Source: Myxococcota bacterium (GTDB lineage: Bacteria; Myxococcota_A; UBA796; CAJQPC01). Taken from it: a stretch of 64,000 nt of DNA. Location: NCBI GenBank assembly GCA_036229005.1, contig JAZAMN010000021.1:1-64000 (forward strand). Direction: 5' to 3'. Shown here piece after piece: positions 10,432 to 19,779 of this stretch (the first letter of the stretch is position 1; the number at the start of each line of letters is the position of its first letter). The notes below the pieces were generated by a model. That model did not search any database and was not told where the DNA came from. It saw only the letters and a program-made list of their open reading frames with translations. A program made the translations under genes and the position numbers.

Positions 10432-11031
10432 ATGACACTCCTGCTGCTCTTGGGGCTGGGGGATGCGCGCGCGCAGACCTCGTCGTCCATCGTCTTTGAG
10501 TTCAACCCCCAGTTCACCAGCGTGCACCAGAACGACGCGGAGCTGGAGGCCTATGGCTTCGCTCCGGTGGGCGGCCGCTTCACGCCCCAGTACGGGGTGC
10601 GGGGGGTCTACGGGATGGCCTCGGGGCTGCGGATGGGCCTGGTGGCTTCGGCTGGGTTCTCGTCCAACCAGGCCCAGGACAACCCGGTGCCCACCACCAC
10701 GAACTGGACGCAGATCGGGGGGATCGCCGGCTACCGGCTGCACGAGCGGGTGGCCGCCGATCTGGAGCTGGGCTTTGGCTCGTTGACCCACACGGTCGGC
10801 AGCGAGCGGAGCGGGGGCGCGCTGCTCTACCTGGGGCCCTACGCGCAGCCGCAGGTCAACCTGATCTTGAGCGAGGCGCCTTGGGCCTTCGCGCTGGGGG
10901 TGGGGTGGATGCTGCACGTGCCGGTGTCAGCGCCCCACAGCCAGCCCCTCTGGGAGGAGGAGTTCAAGCGCGGGGTCGTTCAGGGCCCTGTGCTGTCGCT
11001 GCAGTCCGGGTTTGGGAGGGTGGGACAGTGA
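10432..11031 (+). CDS. Hypothetical exported protein, possibly a small outer-membrane beta-barrel
   Basis: Signal peptide (ARA-Q), alternating amphipathic strands, GGAG RBS upstream. Confidence 0.55.
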   Translation: MTLLLLLGLGDARAQTSSSIVFEFNPQFTSVHQNDAELEAYGFAPVGGRFTPQYGVRGVYGMASGLRMGLVASAGFSSNQAQDNPVPTTTNWTQIGGIAGYRLHERVAADLELGFGSLTHTVGSERSGGALLYLGPYAQPQVNLILSEAPWAFALGVGWMLHVPVSAPHSQPLWEEEFKRGVVQGPVLSLQSGFGRVGQ

Positions 11032-12071
11032 GTCCGCTTTCGGTGGTGCTGTTGTTGGTCGGCTGCAGTGAGTCCTCGCCGTGCCCTGTGGAGGGTGAGG
11101 ACAGCTTGGGGACGCTCACGGAGTGGGAGCTCGAGCACCGCGCGCAGCCGGGGCCCGAGCTGCCGGAGGTGCAGTCGCTGACCCTGGCAGAGGACGGTCT
11201 GCCCCTCGCCTACCGGGAGTTCGTCCCAGAGGGCTGGGATGGCAGCGGGGTCGCCCTGGTGTTCGTGCCGGGGTCCAGCGCGCACTCGGGGCTCTACGGG
11301 GACCTGGGGGTGGGGCTGGCCGAGCGGGGGGTGCTGGTGCGCATCCTGGATGTGCGCGGGCATGGCCTGTCGGTGTGCGCGGAGAGCGGCTGCGGGGCCC
11401 CGGAGAGCGTGGATCGGGACCCGGTGGACGACGGGGCCTACTGGACCGGGCGGGTCGGTGACAGCCTGGATGAGCAGCAGATCGTGCGGGACGTGGGGCA
11501 CCTGCTGGCGGACATGGCGGAGGCGAATCCGGAGGCGACCCTGGCGCTGGGGGGACACAGCAGCGGCGGCGGGGTGGTGTCCAGGCTGGTCGAGAGCACG
11601 GGCGCACCCGGGGTCCACCGCTTCCTGCTCCTGGCCCCCTACAACCACCCGGAGCAGCCTCAGGTCCGGCCCGAGGTGCTGCTGGACTGTCCGGAGACCG
11701 GCGGGACGCACTACGCGCGGCTGGACCTGGGGGCGCTGGGCGATGCGCTGCGGGGCAACGTCCACCGCTTTGTGCTGCACCTGCACAAGTCGGAGCAGTA
11801 CACGGACCCGCTGGACACGCTGGCCTACAGCTACACGACCATGACGGGGATGGCGGCGTCCAGCCCGCAGGGGTTCTGGCCGGCCTACGGCGCGCCGGTG
11901 CTGCTGTTGACCGGGAGCGACGACCACCTGCTGGATCCGGAGATCTCCGAGACGCAGGTGGCGCTGGCGGCCCAGGGGAGCTTCGGGGAGCTCCCGGAGA
12001 CCTCGCACATCGGGATCATCTGGTCGCCGGAGGCGGTGGACCAGGCCGCGGAGTTCCTGCTCGCGGATTGA
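11028..12071 (+). CDS. Alpha/beta-hydrolase lipoprotein
   Basis: GTG start overlaps the previous stop (GTGA); LLVGC lipobox; DVRGHG, GHSSGG nucleophile elbow, C-terminal Asp/His (TSH). Confidence 0.85.
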   Translation: MSPLSVVLLLVGCSESSPCPVEGEDSLGTLTEWELEHRAQPGPELPEVQSLTLAEDGLPLAYREFVPEGWDGSGVALVFVPGSSAHSGLYGDLGVGLAERGVLVRILDVRGHGLSVCAESGCGAPESVDRDPVDDGAYWTGRVGDSLDEQQIVRDVGHLLADMAEANPEATLALGGHSSGGGVVSRLVESTGAPGVHRFLLLAPYNHPEQPQVRPEVLLDCPETGGTHYARLDLGALGDALRGNVHRFVLHLHKSEQYTDPLDTLAYSYTTMTGMAASSPQGFWPAYGAPVLLLTGSDDHLLDPEISETQVALAAQGSFGELPETSHIGIIWSPEAVDQAAEFLLAD

Positions 12072-12122
12072 GCGCCGGGTTTGGTCGTGGGCAGCCTGTC
12101 CTCGCCTGGATAGTCAGCCCGC

Positions 12123-12464
12123 ATGAAGCCCCTGGACACCGAAGAGCGCGAAGAGTTGGACTGGCTCCTGGAGGAGGGCGCAGGTCTGCTCGCCTCCTGG
12201 GACCGCTTCCCGGAGGACCCCTCGGATCCCGAGGCGATCGAGGCCTCCATCCGGGCCGGCCTGGCGGACAACCCGGTGCCCGATGAGCAGGTGGATGACG
12301 CCGCGTTCGCCCTGGGTGCGCTGCTGGGCGATGCGCTCTGCGCGGCCGAGGGGATGGAGTGGGTCTCCCTGGAGGACGGCCACGCCATCGCGCCGACCAA
12401 GTCCAAGGACAGTCGGCCTCCGAGGCGGATCTTCGAAGAAGTGCGGCAGTGGATTCGGGGCTGA
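12123..12464 (+). CDS. Small acidic hypothetical protein (DUF3806-like)
   Basis: ALGALLGDAL...GMEWV pattern; host-like codon use. Confidence 0.5.
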   Translation: MKPLDTEEREELDWLLEEGAGLLASWDRFPEDPSDPEAIEASIRAGLADNPVPDEQVDDAAFALGALLGDALCAAEGMEWVSLEDGHAIAPTKSKDSRPPRRIFEEVRQWIRG

Positions 12465-13351
12465 CCCCGCAGTGGCTGGCCTCGGCGCCGCGGGACCCTC
12501 GCGGGCTGCTGGAGGTCACGACCCAGACGCTCGTGGACGTGCCCGATGGGCAGACGCGGGTGCTGCATCACGTGCCGGAGCGCTCGGTGGGGTGCCGGCC
12601 GGTGGTGGTGCTCCCGGGCTTCTCGGCGCCCATCGGACCCTGGCAGGCGGTCTACGCGATGCTGCAGGGGCAGGTGGAGTTCTATGTCCTGGAGACCTTG
12701 GAGAAGGCGTCCCCACCGCTGCACAGCCCGCGGCCTGACCTCAGCTTTCTGGGGCTCGCGCGCCAAGTCGAGGCCACCCTGGAGCAGCTCGGACTGAGCC
12801 AGCGGGACCACGTGATGATGGGGGCGTCGCTGCTGGGGACCACCCTGGCGGAGGGCATGGCGGCCGGGGTGCTCAAGCCGCCCACGGCTATCGCCTTCGA
12901 CACGCTTCGCCGCTTCTGGTTTCCGCCCTGGTTCCTGGACTGGTTCGCGCCGCTGCTGCCGCTGTGGTTTTTGCGCTTTGGCCTGGGACCCGGGGCCCGG
13001 CTGTTGCTCTCCGGCATGAAGGAGCAGGCCCAGCGGGAGCGGCTGCTGTCCATCGTGGCGGCGGCGGACCCCTTCCGGTGGCGGACCAGCGCGCACCAGA
13101 ACGCGCGCTACGACCTGTATGAGCGGGCGCCGCGGATCGAGTCCGAGATCTTCTTCACCGTCGGGGTGGGGGACCGGGTGCACGACGACACGGTGTCTCG
13201 CAAGGCCGCCGAGCTCGCGCCGGGGGGCCAGCTTCTGTGCATCCCGGGGGGAGAGGCCCAGCGGGAGGCGCTGCTTGGCGCGCTGCTGGTGGAGCTGGCC
13301 AAGGTGCCCGGGGGTGGGCTGCCCGAGTCGGTGGGGCGCTACCTGGAATAG
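12449..13351 (+). CDS. Alpha/beta-fold hydrolase
   Basis: VVVLPGF oxyanion strand, GASLLG elbow, GDRVH; probable GTG start at 12449. Confidence 0.7.
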   Translation: MDSGLTPQWLASAPRDPRGLLEVTTQTLVDVPDGQTRVLHHVPERSVGCRPVVVLPGFSAPIGPWQAVYAMLQGQVEFYVLETLEKASPPLHSPRPDLSFLGLARQVEATLEQLGLSQRDHVMMGASLLGTTLAEGMAAGVLKPPTAIAFDTLRRFWFPPWFLDWFAPLLPLWFLRFGLGPGARLLLSGMKEQAQRERLLSIVAAADPFRWRTSAHQNARYDLYERAPRIESEIFFTVGVGDRVHDDTVSRKAAELAPGGQLLCIPGGEAQREALLGALLVELAKVPGGGLPESVGRYLE

Positions 13352-13354
13352 GCC

Positions 13355-13386
13355 CAGGCGGTGGTCGGCTCAGGCGGTGGTCGGCT
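13355..13386. repeat. Perfect 16-bp tandem duplication CAGGCGGTGGTCGGCT x2
   Basis: Copies at 13355-13370 and 13371-13386, at the junction of two convergent genes. Confidence 0.85.
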
Positions 13387-14272
13387 CGTCCCGGTCGAAC
13401 AGCGCCTTGCCCAGAGCCCACAGCCCCGCGGGGACCAGGGTGGCCCCGGACTGGGCAGCGAGATCGCCCACGCCGGCCTCCGAGAAGGCCATGCCCACTG
13501 CCATGATGGCCAGCAGGCCAAAGTAGGCGCCCGCCATGGTCACGCGCTTGACCATGGGGACCTGGTAGTAGTCGGCGGGCTGCTTGAAGGCGCGCCAGAC
13601 CTGGAGCAGGCCCAGCAGCAGGATCAGGCCCAGGATGGGGCTCCAGGTGAGCAGGAAGGCCCCGATGCCCAGCAGGTAGCCGGGGATCCAGATCCAGCGG
13701 CTGATCACGCCGGTGATGCGCCCGCCGTCCATGGGGGAGATGGGCAGCATGTTGAAGAGGTTGATCAGGAAGCCGCTGGCGGCCAGGCCGAAGAAGAAGG
13801 GCTCGCCGGTGATCAGGCCGACGCCCAGGACGGCGGCGGCGCCCAGGGTGCCCAGCGCGGGACCGCCGATGCCGACCAGCGCCTCCACCCAGGCGTCCTT
13901 GGGGCGGCCCTTCATGGCGATGACCGCGCCCATGAAGGGGATGAACACGGGCGCGCCCGCGGGGATGCCCAGCCACTTCATGGCCAGCGCGTGGCCCAGC
14001 TCGTGGACGAAGATGAGCAGCACAAAGCCCAGGGCGAACTTCCAGCCCCAGAACTGCGCGTAGACCGCGACCATCAGGAGCATGGACAGCAGGGTGTGCA
14101 GCTTGAGGAACTTGAGGGCCACGATGGCCCACTTGAGCTTGCCCAGGATCAGCACCAGCGCGGCGCCGATGGGGCCAAAGCGCTTGAGCTTGTCGGTGGC
14201 CGGCGCGCCCTCCAGGGGACCCTGGGGCTGGCGGAGGCGGGGGCGGTGATCCGGGTCACTGGGAGGCTGCAT
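13370..14272 (-). CDS. Site-2 protease (peptidase M50) family protein
   Basis: HELGH, IGGP and NLFNMLPISPMDGGR motifs, multiple TM helices; start at ATG 14272. Confidence 0.92.
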   Translation of the reverse strand: MQPPSDPDHRPRLRQPQGPLEGAPATDKLKRFGPIGAALVLILGKLKWAIVALKFLKLHTLLSMLLMVAVYAQFWGWKFALGFVLLIFVHELGHALAMKWLGIPAGAPVFIPFMGAVIAMKGRPKDAWVEALVGIGGPALGTLGAAAVLGVGLITGEPFFFGLAASGFLINLFNMLPISPMDGGRITGVISRWIWIPGYLLGIGAFLLTWSPILGLILLLGLLQVWRAFKQPADYYQVPMVKRVTMAGAYFGLLAIMAVGMAFSEAGVGDLAAQSGATLVPAGLWALGKALFDRDEPTTA

Positions 14273-14338
14273 GGGCTGCAATGTATCCCCGGATGGGGCC
14301 ATGCAAAGGACGGTAGACTGCTGCCCCAAGGAGAGCCC

Positions 14339-14740
14339 GTGGCCGAGCTGCAGTTGAGCGTCGACGTCCCCACCACCCCCCAGAAGCTCTGGGAGGCCTA
14401 CATGGACACCCTCCAGCAGGCCGCCATCACCGGCGCACCGGCCTCGGTGGAGGCCAAGATCGGGGGCAACATCACGCTGTATTCGGGGGCGGTGACCGGC
14501 GTGTTTGTGGCCCTGCGCAAGCCGGACCTCATCGTGCAGACCTGGCGCACGCACGACTTCGAGGACCAGGAGCCCGACGCCCGCACGGAGATCCGCCTGG
14601 CCCCCAGCGCGCGCGGGTGTCGCTTCATCGTGACCCAGGACAACATCCCCCAGCGCCTGCGCAAGCAGTTCATCAACGGCTGGACCACCGCCTACTTCAA
14701 GGACCTGCAGACCTGGGCGGTGCGGTCGGAGAGCCCGTGA
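14339..14740 (+). CDS. SRPBCC / AHSA1-like domain protein
   Basis: KLWEAYMD...IGG.ITLYSG.VTG.F...IVQTWR...GWTTAYF pattern; GTG start after AAGGAG. Confidence 0.85.
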   Translation: MAELQLSVDVPTTPQKLWEAYMDTLQQAAITGAPASVEAKIGGNITLYSGAVTGVFVALRKPDLIVQTWRTHDFEDQEPDARTEIRLAPSARGCRFIVTQDNIPQRLRKQFINGWTTAYFKDLQTWAVRSESP

Positions 14741-15765
14741 GGGCTCTGGAGGCCCGCTACTACCGGGATCCGGCGCTCTTCGCCGCGCAGGCCGACCGGA
14801 TCTTCGCCCCGAGCTGGCAGGTGCTGGACCCCCACCTGACCCGGCCGGACAAGCAGCTCCGCCCCTTCACGCTGCTGCCCGGCATGCTCGACGAGCCCCT
14901 GCTGCGCACCCCCTGGGCGCTGCTCTCCAACGTCTGCACCCACCGCGCCGCCCTGCTGGTCGACCGCGAGTGCGAGCACCGCCTGATCCGCTGCCCCTAC
15001 CACGGCCGCCGCTTCTCACTGGCCGGTCGCTGCGAGGCCGCCCCCGGCTTCGAGGACGTCGAGGGCTTCCCCAGCGCCGCCGAGCACCTGCCCGAGCTGC
15101 CCCTGATGGAGCTGGGCCCCCTGCACTTCACCAGCCTCTCGCCCCGGCGCAGCTTCGCGGAGCTCAAGGCGGGCCTGCAGCCCTGGATCGGCGACCTGCT
15201 CGACCGCCCCGGCCTGCAGCTCCTGCGCGAAGACGACCATCCAATCGCCGCAAACTGGGCCTTGTACGTCGAGAACTACCTGGAGGGCCTGCACCTCCCC
15301 TTCGTTCACCCCGGGCTCTCGGGCGGCCTCAACCTGCCGGCCTACCGTCACGAGATCCTGCCCGTCGGCACCCTCCAGATCGGCATCGCCAAGGACGGCG
15401 AGGACACCCTGGTGCTCTCCCCCGACCACCCCCTGCACGGCCAGCCCGTGCGCGCGCTCTGGTTCTGGCTGTGGCCGAACACCATGCTCAACGTCTACCC
15501 CTGGGGCCTGTCCATCAACCGCGTGGAGCCCCGCGGCGTCGACGAGAGCGTCGTCCGCTACCACACCTGGGTGTTCAACCCCTTCGGCTCCCGCCGCGAC
15601 GTCAGCCTGGTCAGCACCACCGAGTCCGAGGACCAGCAGATCGTCCGCCGCGTCCAGGCCGGCATCTGCTCGCGTCTCTACCGCCCCGGCCGCCTCAGCC
15701 CCGCCCACGAGGCCGGCGTCGCTGAGCTCGGGCGCCGCCTGCGCGAGGCCCTCAAGGGAGCCTGA
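14737..15765 (+). CDS. Rieske non-heme iron oxygenase alpha subunit (choline monooxygenase-like)
   Basis: CTHR...CPYHG Rieske cluster; ENYLEGLHLPFVH iron site; C-terminal ED. Confidence 0.9.
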   Translation: MRALEARYYRDPALFAAQADRIFAPSWQVLDPHLTRPDKQLRPFTLLPGMLDEPLLRTPWALLSNVCTHRAALLVDRECEHRLIRCPYHGRRFSLAGRCEAAPGFEDVEGFPSAAEHLPELPLMELGPLHFTSLSPRRSFAELKAGLQPWIGDLLDRPGLQLLREDDHPIAANWALYVENYLEGLHLPFVHPGLSGGLNLPAYRHEILPVGTLQIGIAKDGEDTLVLSPDHPLHGQPVRALWFWLWPNTMLNVYPWGLSINRVEPRGVDESVVRYHTWVFNPFGSRRDVSLVSTTESEDQQIVRRVQAGICSRLYRPGRLSPAHEAGVAELGRRLREALKGA

Positions 15766-15807
15766 TCGCGCCTTCGGAAAGGGCTCAAGGGTGGGCTCCG
15801 GTGACCG

Positions 15808-17220
15808 ATGGATCGGCCCGGAGCGTGCCCCCTGGAGTCCTTCATCCAAGCCCTGGAGCTGCAGAGCGCCATCGAGCGCCTGGAGAGCGCCGTCCTGGCC
15901 AGTCGGCTGGGGCTGGAGACCCCGGTTCAGGAGCGCTTCGAGGCCCTCAGCGCCGGCCTCTCCACCCTGGAGTCCCAGCAGGCGGGCAGCGAGCTGCTGG
16001 GCACCGTCCTGGCCGGGATGCGCGCCCGCGTTGGCATGCTCAAGGTCGCGCTCCAGGCCTTCATCGCCGGCAAGGTGCCCGTCCAGGTCATCCGGGACCG
16101 CGTCCAGGAGCTGCGGGAGGGAGGGAGCGCGCTGGTTGGTGCCCTCAAGCCCTCGGCCCAACCCCCGGCACCCAAGCCTGCCCCCACCCCTGCACCCCCG
16201 CCCATCAGCGAGGTCACGCGTCCAGCGCCCGCCCCGCGGCCCGCTCCCAGGCCTGCTCCCGCCCCGCGCCCCCGGAGCGCTCCGATCTCGCTGCTGTGGC
16301 GGGACGGGCGGCTGGTGAGCGCGCACGGAGACCGCGCCTTGGACGCTGAGATCCACGCGCGCCTGAGCGAGGTGCTGGGCCCCTACCAGGCGCAGCGCCG
16401 GGCCCAGAAGGCCTCCATGGCGCGCATCCACGCGCTGGACCTCTCGGAGCTGGAGCCGGAGCTGGAGGCGGCGCTTGGGCCCCTCAAGGAGCGCCTGCAG
16501 CCGATGGTGGCGCTCCACGCGGAGGCCGCCCAGATCTTTGACGCCATGCGCCAGCGCGAGCAGCGCGTTCAGGTCGGGATGGGCCGGGTCGCCATGGGCC
16601 TGAGCAAGCTCAGCGAGGTCGCGATGACCAACGCCCAGCGCGTGGGGGAGGTCGCCAGCGTCAGCGGGACCTTGCGGAAGCAGGCTCTGGATGGGCGCGC
16701 CCTGGTGGACGCCAACCAGGAGCGGGTGACCCTGCTGGAGGAGAGCGCCAGCGAGGTCGCCAGCGTGGCCCGCTCCATCGACGGCATCGCCTTCCAGACC
16801 AACATCCTGGCCCTCAACGCGGCGGTGGAGGCCTCGCGGGCCGGCAGCGAGGGCGCGGGCTTCTCGGTGGTCGCCCGAGAGGTGCGCCGGCTGGCGGAGA
16901 CCAGCGCTGCAGCGGCCAAGCGGATCGAGGCTCTGGCTGACGGGATCCAGCGCCAGGTCGCCTTGGCGCAGGAGGCCAGCGCCGGCAGCGCCCAGGTGTT
17001 CGGCGGACTGGTCGCCGGCCTGGAGACGGTGACGGAGACCATGGTCGAGGTTGCCCAAGCCGACATGGAGCATGTGGGCAGCGTGGAGGCCATGCTCGCG
17101 GATCTGGAGCGCGGCCGGGAGTCGCTCGGCGCGCCCCTCGCCCTGGATCGCCTGCTCGACGTCGGCAAGGGCCTGGACGGCCTGCGGCTCTCGCCCGGCG
17201 CCGCGGACCAGGTGGCCTGA
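15808..17220 (+). CDS. Soluble methyl-accepting chemotaxis protein
   Basis: IAFQTNILALNAAVEASRAGSEGAGFSVVAREVRRLA hairpin tip; no TM segment; Pro-rich linker. Confidence 0.88.
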   Translation: MDRPGACPLESFIQALELQSAIERLESAVLASRLGLETPVQERFEALSAGLSTLESQQAGSELLGTVLAGMRARVGMLKVALQAFIAGKVPVQVIRDRVQELREGGSALVGALKPSAQPPAPKPAPTPAPPPISEVTRPAPAPRPAPRPAPAPRPRSAPISLLWRDGRLVSAHGDRALDAEIHARLSEVLGPYQAQRRAQKASMARIHALDLSELEPELEAALGPLKERLQPMVALHAEAAQIFDAMRQREQRVQVGMGRVAMGLSKLSEVAMTNAQRVGEVASVSGTLRKQALDGRALVDANQERVTLLEESASEVASVARSIDGIAFQTNILALNAAVEASRAGSEGAGFSVVAREVRRLAETSAAAAKRIEALADGIQRQVALAQEASAGSAQVFGGLVAGLETVTETMVEVAQADMEHVGSVEAMLADLERGRESLGAPLALDRLLDVGKGLDGLRLSPGAADQVA

Positions 17221-17274
17221 CGCACTCCGGGCCCGCTTTTGGGCTATGCATCATCCCGCTGACTGGAGCTTTGG

Positions 17275-18060
17275 ATGATCGCCCTGCTGTCCCCGGCCAA
17301 GACCCTGCGCACGCTGGAGGCGCCCCCCACCGAGCGCTTCACGCACCCGGCGCTCGAGGAGCATGTCCAGGAGCTGCTGGAGGTCACCCGCCCGCTCTCC
17401 GCCGGCCGCCTGCAGGAGCTGATGCACATCTCGGCCGACCTGGGCCAGCTCAACCAGGAGCGCTTCCAGAGCATCGGCTTCCCCTTCACCCCGGAGAACG
17501 CCCACCCCGCGGTGTTCGCCTTCTACGGCGACGTGTACCGGGGCCTGGAGGCCGAGACCCTCAGCGAGGCCGACCTGGAGTGGAGCCAGGAGCACCTGGT
17601 GATCCTCTCGGGGCTGTACGGGATGCTGCGTCCCCTGGACCTGATGCAGCCCTACCGCCTGGAGATGGGCACGCGCCTGGAGAACCCCCGGGGCAAGAAC
17701 CTCTACGCCTTCTGGAAGCAGGTCATCGCCCCCCGCCTCAGCGAGCAGCTCGACGCGCAGGGCGACCGCGTGGTGCTCAACCTGGCCAGCAACGAGTACT
17801 TCAAGGCGGTCAACAAGAAGCTGCTGGGCGCGCGCATCATCACGCCGGTGTTCAAGGACACCAAGGACGGCAAGACGCGCATCATCTCCTTCTACGCCAA
17901 GACCGCGCGCGGCGCGATGGCCCGCTGGTTCGTGGAGAACCGCGTCACCGACCCCGCCGCGGTACAGGACGCCGAGGTCATGGGCTACCGCTTCGACCCC
18001 GACCTCTCCGAGGGCGACCAGTGGGTGTTCACGCGCCTCCAGCCCCCGCCCAAGAGCTGA
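17275..18060 (+). CDS. yaaA: Peroxide stress protein YaaA
   Basis: LLSPAKT, ILSGLYGMLRPLD, PYRLEMG, LNLASNEY, SFYAKTARG. Confidence 0.95.
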   Translation: MIALLSPAKTLRTLEAPPTERFTHPALEEHVQELLEVTRPLSAGRLQELMHISADLGQLNQERFQSIGFPFTPENAHPAVFAFYGDVYRGLEAETLSEADLEWSQEHLVILSGLYGMLRPLDLMQPYRLEMGTRLENPRGKNLYAFWKQVIAPRLSEQLDAQGDRVVLNLASNEYFKAVNKKLLGARIITPVFKDTKDGKTRIISFYAKTARGAMARWFVENRVTDPAAVQDAEVMGYRFDPDLSEGDQWVFTRLQPPPKS

Positions 18061-18063
18061 GCG

Positions 18064-18438
18064 ATGAGTGACAACCCCCTCAACGTCCTGGGCCTGCCCC
18101 TGCGCCCCTGCAGCCTGGACCCGCTCACCGGCTGGCACCGCGACGGCTGCTGCAACACCGACAGCATGGATCGCGGCTCGCACACCGTCTGCGCGGTGAT
18201 GACCGCGGAGTTCCTGGAGTTCTCCCGGCAGCGCGGCAACGACCTGATCACGCCGCGGCCGGAATACGACTTCCCGGGCCTGACCCCCGGGGACCAGTGG
18301 TGCCTGTGTGCGCCGCGCTGGGCGGAGGCCAAGAACGCCGGCAAGGCCCCCCACGTCGTGCTGGAGAGCAGCCACCAGCGCGCGCTCCAGTACTGCTCGC
18401 TTGAGCAGCTCATGGAGCACGCGATCGACCTCAACTGA
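18064..18438 (+). CDS. DUF2237 family protein
   Basis: NVLG.PL.PCS.DPLTGW.RDGCC, HTVCA, GNDL.TP, PGDQWCLCA.RW. Confidence 0.9.
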   Translation: MSDNPLNVLGLPLRPCSLDPLTGWHRDGCCNTDSMDRGSHTVCAVMTAEFLEFSRQRGNDLITPRPEYDFPGLTPGDQWCLCAPRWAEAKNAGKAPHVVLESSHQRALQYCSLEQLMEHAIDLN

Positions 18439-18447
18439 GGTCCGGGC

Positions 18448-19500
18448 TCAGGGGAGCTGCAGCTCAAAGCTCCGGGTGGCCACACTGCGCCCATTGACCA
18501 GCAGCTCCACGCGCTGGGTGCCTGGATAGTGCTTGCGCACGGTCACCGCCTTGATGGGGTGGCGCTTGCGGAGCTGGATGGGGCCGGCCTGGGCATTCCA
18601 GGTGCGCCACTTGAACACCTTGCGGCCAAAGCTCCCGTCCTTGCGCAGCAGGTGCAGGGCGAAGTCCACGACCAACAGGGTGTCGTGGGGCAGGTTGGCG
18701 TCCAGGGCCAGCTCCAGGTGCTCGCCTTCGGTCAGGGCCTCGGTGGCCTGGAAGTCGAGCGCGGCCAGGGTGACCTCGCCGGCGCCCAGCAGCGACAGGG
18801 CTTGGGGGTGCCCCGCCTTGATGAGGGTGCGGAGGGCGTGCTTGAGCAGCCGCTCCCTCTTCGGCTCCCACCACTGCTCGGCCAGCCCCAGCACCAGCTC
18901 CGGGTGGTCCTTGGACAGGTCGTTCAGGTTGTTCGCGACGCTGCGGCGCACGTACTCGGCGGGGTCATCCTTGAGGGCGTCCAGGATGCGCAGGATGGGC
19001 GCGGGCTCGGCCTGGAGGGCGCGGAGGCGTTGGCCCCAGGGAAGCCGGGTCCTGCACCCCTCGGACGCCAGCCTGCGGCGGTGCTCGTCGTCGCTGTCGG
19101 TCCAGGCCAGGAGCTGCTGCATGGCCAGCTCGGGGTGCGCCTGGATGTAGGGACGCACCGCGAACTCCGCGGAGAAGAGGTGGGTGAGGGTGCCCAGGGT
19201 CTCCAGCGCCGGCTGGGGGTGGCTCAGCGCGTGGCGCTCGACCACGGTGAAGGTGGGCCAGGCGGGCAGGCCGGTGATCGGCGGGGGCTGGAACGCGGCG
19301 GCCTGGAGGGCCTCGAGCATCGCGGGTACGGGCGCGGGGAGCTGGGCGCGCAGGGCATCGGCCAGGTGGACCACGCGGTCCTTGAGCTCCATGGCGTCCA
19401 GGGGGGCGGCGGTGGCCTGGACCCAGGCGGAGTCGAGGTTCAGGCGGGCGGCCCAGTCGGCGACGAGCGCGGGGCTGACTTCTTCTTTGAAGGGAGGCAT
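18448..19500 (-). CDS. DNA alkylation repair protein (AlkC/AlkD-like HEAT-repeat glycosylase)
   Basis: FSAEFAVRPY, RRLASEGCRTRLPW, YVRRSVANNLNDLSKDHP, KHALRTL; start at ATG 19500. Confidence 0.9.
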   Translation of the reverse strand: MPPFKEEVSPALVADWAARLNLDSAWVQATAAPLDAMELKDRVVHLADALRAQLPAPVPAMLEALQAAAFQPPPITGLPAWPTFTVVERHALSHPQPALETLGTLTHLFSAEFAVRPYIQAHPELAMQQLLAWTDSDDEHRRRLASEGCRTRLPWGQRLRALQAEPAPILRILDALKDDPAEYVRRSVANNLNDLSKDHPELVLGLAEQWWEPKRERLLKHALRTLIKAGHPQALSLLGAGEVTLAALDFQATEALTEGEHLELALDANLPHDTLLVVDFALHLLRKDGSFGRKVFKWRTWNAQAGPIQLRKRHPIKAVTVRKHYPGTQRVELLVNGRSVATRSFELQLP

Positions 19501-19540
19501 GGGCGGGAGTGTATTGGCTTGGAGGGGCGGCTGGGTGACG

Positions 19541-19772
19541 CAACCTGGGCTGATTGCACCCGTGTGTGGCGCAACCCGTACTGAGTGCACCGAGCGTCTG
19601 CCCAACCTGGGCCGAATGCACCCGCGTGTGGCGCAACCCGTACTGAGTGCACCGCAGGGAGGGGGCGGCGGCCTCAGAAGGCGGGCCTTTGGTGCACTCG
19701 GCGGGGGTTGAGTCCGCCTTTGGTGCACTCGGTCGGGGTTGAGTCCGCCTTTGGTGCACTCGGTCGGGGTTG
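19541..19772. repeat. Inverted tandem repeat array with 31-bp period (4 forward + 3 reverse units) downstream of the HUH transposase
   Basis: 20-bp core of type CAACCCGTACTGAGTGCACC (variable centre) starts at 19541, 19572, 19603, 19634. The reverse-complement-like core GGTGCACTCGGTCGGGGTTG starts at 19691, 19722, 19753. Confidence 0.92.
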
Positions 19773-19779
19773 AGCGCAC

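Noticed and set aside
19541..19772. 31-bp arrays (here and at 59326-59617) as CRISPR arrays
   Set aside because: The variable parts are only 7-11 bp and partly repeated, the units switch orientation mid-array, and no cas genes are present.
19501..19779. N-terminal extension of the alkylation repair protein (ORF to 19779)
   Set aside because: It merely reads through the repeat array; the -10 box and family-like sequence point to ATG 19500.
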